A program made the position numbers and the translations under genes. A stretch of DNA of 64,000 nt from Trichosphaerium sp. ATCC 40318 (taxonomy: Eukaryota; Protista; Tubulinea), in assembly GCA_038496445.1 (NCBI GenBank), contig JALMLS010000589.1:178938-242937 (forward strand), given 5' to 3'. The first letter of the stretch is position 1; each line of letters starts with the position of its first letter. Below the pieces are notes generated by a model. That model was not told where the DNA came from, ran no database searches, and worked only from the letters and a program-made list of their open reading frames with translations. Of the stretch, positions 59,839 through 64,000 are shown in pieces.

Positions 59839-61102
59839 ATGTATCTTCGACCACTCCTCCTTTGTTTATTGGTTTCATCTTTCGTATACGTATCAAGAGC
59901 TCAACATACATTAGCAGCTGTTGGATACCACATCGGATACCTCAAAGATGATTTTTTCCAACGCTTTGAGTTGGAGTCTGGAGATCTTATAGGCGATCGT
60001 AAGTTCGTAAACATGTATCTTTCTCTTTTAAACTGCTATTCTCATACGTTGTAGCTTGTTCTATAGATTCCGAGTTTATTGCTTCAATGAGTGCGTCCCA
60101 ATACAATAAAACACGTTTTAAGATTTTCAGAAGTTAATTCAAAGCAAAACGACTTTGTATTGTTTTTTCGAACTGAGTTTGCGTTAGTCGCATCTATATC
60201 TCTTTGTTTATTTCTTTTTAGCGTTTCTACAAAATGGAAATCTTGCTGTATCTTTCGAGGATGGAAATGAAAGAAGCGGTATGATACAAACTTATGGACC
60301 TGAAGCAGGTTGCGTTGCCGTACGTCATATTTAAAGAAATAATTTTCTGGAAACTTGAACACGTTTCGTAACACGTGTATTTCTAGATTGAGAGTTGTAC
60401 TGAAATGGCTACTGCTGCCACAAATACAAACATGAATGTTGATCCTGTAACGGGTACCTTGTATGGTACTTTGGACTTTAGCGTTGATGTCAATTCTTTT
60501 GTGTCACCTTGTGAACCCACTCCTGTGTGTACGGAAATAACAACAGGACCCCCAACAGTCGCAACAAGTAAGACTATTTTCACACTTAGATTTCAATTCT
60601 GAACTAACTATTCTTTTCTTCCAGCTATTGTCATTGGGACGACAGTGTATATGGCAGACACAAACAACAATGAGATTGTTTTTATGAGCCTGCCAGACAC
60701 ACCACCTGGTATGTGTTCAATGGTGGGATCACCAGTCGCATCGCCATGTACCAACATTAAAGGTAAAATCTCAAACTACAAAATACAACATTAACAATAA
60801 TCAAGGGTTCACTGTATTTGACAGCACGCGCATCCTTGTTGTTTGCGGTTCAGAAGAAATGGGAGCATCTTACTTGTTCAATATAAATGACAACTCTTTC
60901 CCACCAAGCGGATTCGCTCAGATACCTGATCCTGACAATATTGTTGGATTAGCTGTAGGTGGAGCTATATGTCAAAGGTACTCTCATGGCGTTTCTCCTT
61001 TTTTTTAAACTATATTCTTACTTTGTTTCTAGAAGTGAAGTTGATAGTGCTGCACGTAAAGCTCTGCTTTCAGGTTCAAGTGGCTATGGTGATAGTAAAT
61101 AA
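59839..61102 (+). CDS. Secreted Cys-rich family member I (recent tandem duplicate of G)
   Basis: MYLRPLLLCLLVSSFVYVSRAQ. Introns and upstream flank are near-identical to G. Ends VDSAARKALLSGSSGYGDSK*. Confidence 0.85.
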
Positions 61103-61379
61103 TGAACGATTGAAAGAACATTACTATGTAAAACTTAATGTACTTAAGCGTGTTTTCAACAATGCCCTTTTTTTTTGGTTGTTTCTTTTACAGGTTCTGT
61201 CTTATGGCGTATGAAATTTATCGTAAATAAAGTGATTTCAATTATTGTGTACCAACAGGTTTGAATATCTGCGACACTCTTTCTTCCTTACTCGGAAATA
61301 ATAAGCCAATTTTAGATTGAAACCTGTCGACATAGCTTTACCCAGTGCCGTGTACAATCTAAATGGGCACTTTGTGTAC

Positions 61380-61800
61380 TCTACAATAAAATTGAGTTAG
61401 AGTCTGGAACACGTATTAGCTCTTGTAACACTAGTAACGTTGGTCTAAAAAACAACAAGCGGGTATCTACGAAGTCACGTGATCAAAGGTCAAACCACAA
61501 GAATGTTTTTGACTATTTTTGCTATTTTTAGCTGTTATGCTCCTTCTCTTACCACTTTATTGCTGTATGCATGTTTCCGGTACTGGTACTGCACAAAATT
61601 TGAGCCCAGTACTTTGCGCTCCTGTATATCAAAGAGAAGAAACCTACCATTATTAATAACGCAATAAGATACGAATGGGATGATTGCCCAAACACAAACA
61701 TGAATATTGGTCCTTTCACGGTACCATGTATAGTACCATAAACAACAGTGGTGCCTTTAATCCTTTCACATCACTATGTGAAGGTACTTCTGTTCACGTA
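61380..61800 (+). pseudogene. Highly decayed relic (J) of the secreted family, E/F type
   Basis: TTGAGTTAGAGTCTGGAACACG (ELESGT) and CCAAACACAAACATGAATATTG..GGTACC..AACAGTG..TCACTATGTGAAGGTAC remnants with indels. Confidence 0.65.
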
Positions 61801-61939
61801 TGGTGATAAGTCTTGTCTATTATCAATTACATAAACATTACGATTATCATCTATCCTCAGTCAACGCAAATCCACAAACTACAAAAAACACGTGACAACG
61901 AATGTAGCACGTGTATAACCTTTTACTGTTATAATACAA

Positions 61940-62551
61940 ATGGCGGCTACCGAGGCAAGTTATTATTTGATTGTAATGTGATCAGCCTTCTAAAGCACTT
62001 GATATTAGATTAAAGGCTCTACGTTAGATTGTTGCTTACTATTGTATGTTCCGCTTGAATTACAGCTTGATATACTTGAAATAGACGCAGAAGTATATTT
62101 AAAATGGCCTCTGCTATCCAAGAAAACAGCGATGACAACAAGGTTTGATTGTGACTTGAATAAACATGGGAAATGGCAGAAACACAGAAAAACAAAAAAG
62201 AAAAGTAGGCGCAAGAACATCTTGACACATTATCAGATTGTATGTCAAGAATATTGGAGACATGGAAAGCTTCATGGAGATTATAAGGAGTGGCATGGAT
62301 GTGGTCAACTAATGAAAAGGTGCCCGTATGTTAATGGAAATAAAGAAGGAGTACAAACACTTTGGTATTACAATGGAGACATATGGACACAAAGTCATTA
62401 TGTTAATGGTAAAAGAGAAGGAGAACATAAAGTGTGGTATTCGAATGGTCAGCTGTCTATACAGTGCTATTTCGCAAATGACACCCTGGTAGGAGAGTAC
62501 AAAAGATGGGAGAGAAATGGTCAATTATCAGCACATACTAGCTATTCGTGA
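61940..62551 (+). CDS. F-box-like + MORN-variant repeat protein; possible short first exon with a GC-AG intron (61955-62008)
   Basis: LYVPLELQLDIL..VYLKWPLLS..NKHGKW and EGEHKVWYSNGQLSIQCYFAND. There is no in-frame ATG before the F-box, but ATG GCG GCT ACC GAG|GCAAGT...ATTAG| restores one. Confidence 0.75.
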
Positions 62552-63102
62552 ACAAACTGGAGAAACTCACGTGTTTAGTACATTTTTGAGAGGTAGGTGA
62601 AACAATTGAAGTATTGTCTGTGCACATGTGGCAACAAGGAGCTAGAGCTGTATTAGCATAACAATAAAGGCATAACTACTTTGCAAGTTCTGCCTTCAAA
62701 ATGGTAGCCGTCGCAGGAGGACGGGAAGACGGTTCAGTAAAACGGCATTAAACATTGCTTTAATTGCAAGCATAGTATTCTCCACGCGTAAAAATAGCGT
62801 AGAAAACAGTATTAGTCCTCTTTTAATTAATATAACCTCTTTTTTACTACCGTTTGACATACTATCACGACGCCAGCGTATAAATATTAGCGGTTTCCAT
62901 TCCTAGGGAGTCCTCGTTTAGTTCAAGGGAAACAGCTAGTGCACTTTTGTTGTTTCCACATAAATGCGTGAGACTTCTAGAGGCGGAAAAACCCGCGAAA
63001 CATTGAACCCTATCGGAAGATTTGCCTTTTTTGGTAAGTGTTCCGCTTTTATGACCAATTGTGACTGTAACGAGAGACCATTATATCTTCACAGCAACCC
63101 AC

Positions 63103-64000
63103 ATGGCTACTATTCACTACCTCGCTCTATCTGCTCCATGTCGTATCGCTCATATTGCCGCTCTCGCCACTGGAGCTGAAGTCACACTCAAGGTATTAAA
63201 TGCCAGGCAAGACACGTACTTACGCACTCCTCACTAGACTGTCGATTTACTCAAAGGAGAACATAAACAAGAAGCGTTCTTGGCAATCAACCCAAAACAC
63301 CAAGTGCCTGCTGTTACTGAAGGAGATGTAACAGTATGTGACTCTAGCGCTATTGTCAGGTACTTTAATATATTCTCTTTTAGAAAAACGCACTGACACT
63401 TGAAAAGGTACTTCAGCGTTAAGAATCCATCACCTGTGTACCCAATAAACGATGCAGCAGCATTAGCACCAGTACGTCCCAAAAAAAAAAAGCTCGTTTG
63501 TGGTGACGTCATTGTGTTTTGACATTGCGTTTGTGTTCGAGCTCGTACTGAGCAACAATTTTTTTTGATTTGTTTTTTTTCGTTTAGATTGACTCTGCAT
63601 ACGAATCTATTCGTAATGATGTGTTTGGAACTTGCAACAGCTTCGCTTTTGAGAATGTTTTTGTATCAAAAGTATTTAAGATGAGAGACACAGATCCAGA
63701 AAAAATGAAGGAAATTACAGCTAAACTTACAAGTGAGGTACGTCTTCACTTCAAGAGATTCTCATTACTTTCTTCTTTCACTCTCATCACAAAAGAGATA
63801 CCTAAAGTCTTTGAAAACTGCTGTTAACGAGGACAGAACAAACACTTTATTGTTTTGTTGAACCTGCGTTCGAAGACTAACATGGTTTTTTAGTTGGAAT
63901 TTTATGAGAAGAACTACTTCAAGTCATCTGGTTTCTTGGTCGGTAAATCTGTATCTATGGCTGATTACACACTATGCGTTTCTCTCGCTCATGCTACTGG
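63103..64000 (+). CDS. Glutathione S-transferase, theta/delta-like, multi-exon, runs off window
   Basis: MATIHYLALSAPCR..VDLLKGEHKQEAFLAINPKHQVPAV..DSSAIVRY, and C-terminal FLVGKSVSMADY. Confidence 0.9.

Noticed and set aside
1881-62551. Integrated giant-virus genome
   Set aside because: No capsid, DNA polymerase, packaging ATPase or other hallmark gene was seen, and the virus-like genes are interleaved with spliced host genes.

Overview
AT-rich (roughly 35% GC by eye), intron-rich eukaryotic DNA, most consistent with a protist, possibly an amoeba. Introns are short, donors are mostly GTACGT-like and AAG acceptors are frequent, so the six-frame ORF track is largely exon fragments. Conserved host genes lie mainly at the ends: an AAAP/AVT1-type amino-acid permease, a CHORD-CHORD-CS (CHORDC1-like) co-chaperone, a 4-TM protein, a RAD51AP1/NUCKS1-like protein and a theta-like GST. 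The rest is a fast-turnover block of local paralogs. (1) About 11 mostly intronless F-box genes and relics fused to 21-aa LRR arrays, MORN-variant repeats or unknown domains. (2) Seven full-length copies plus relics of an unrecognised secreted Cys-rich protein with hypervariable loops. (3) Three SERGT1/HPAT-like glycosyltransferases. (4) Two atypical Ras proteins, both with a Q61R-equivalent change and no CAAX. (5) A CDC123-related (R2K) ATP-grasp gene, a NUDIX gene and several non-autonomous TIR elements. The best candidates for an undescribed system are two diversifying recognition repertoires: intracellular F-box-LRR receptors with four hypervariable positions per 63-nt module, and secreted proteins whose exon loops diverge faster than their introns. 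The hexamer CACGTG is also strongly over-represented. No rRNA, tRNA, CRISPR array or viral hallmark gene could be supported. Gene models were spliced by eye, and some frameshifts may be assembly errors.
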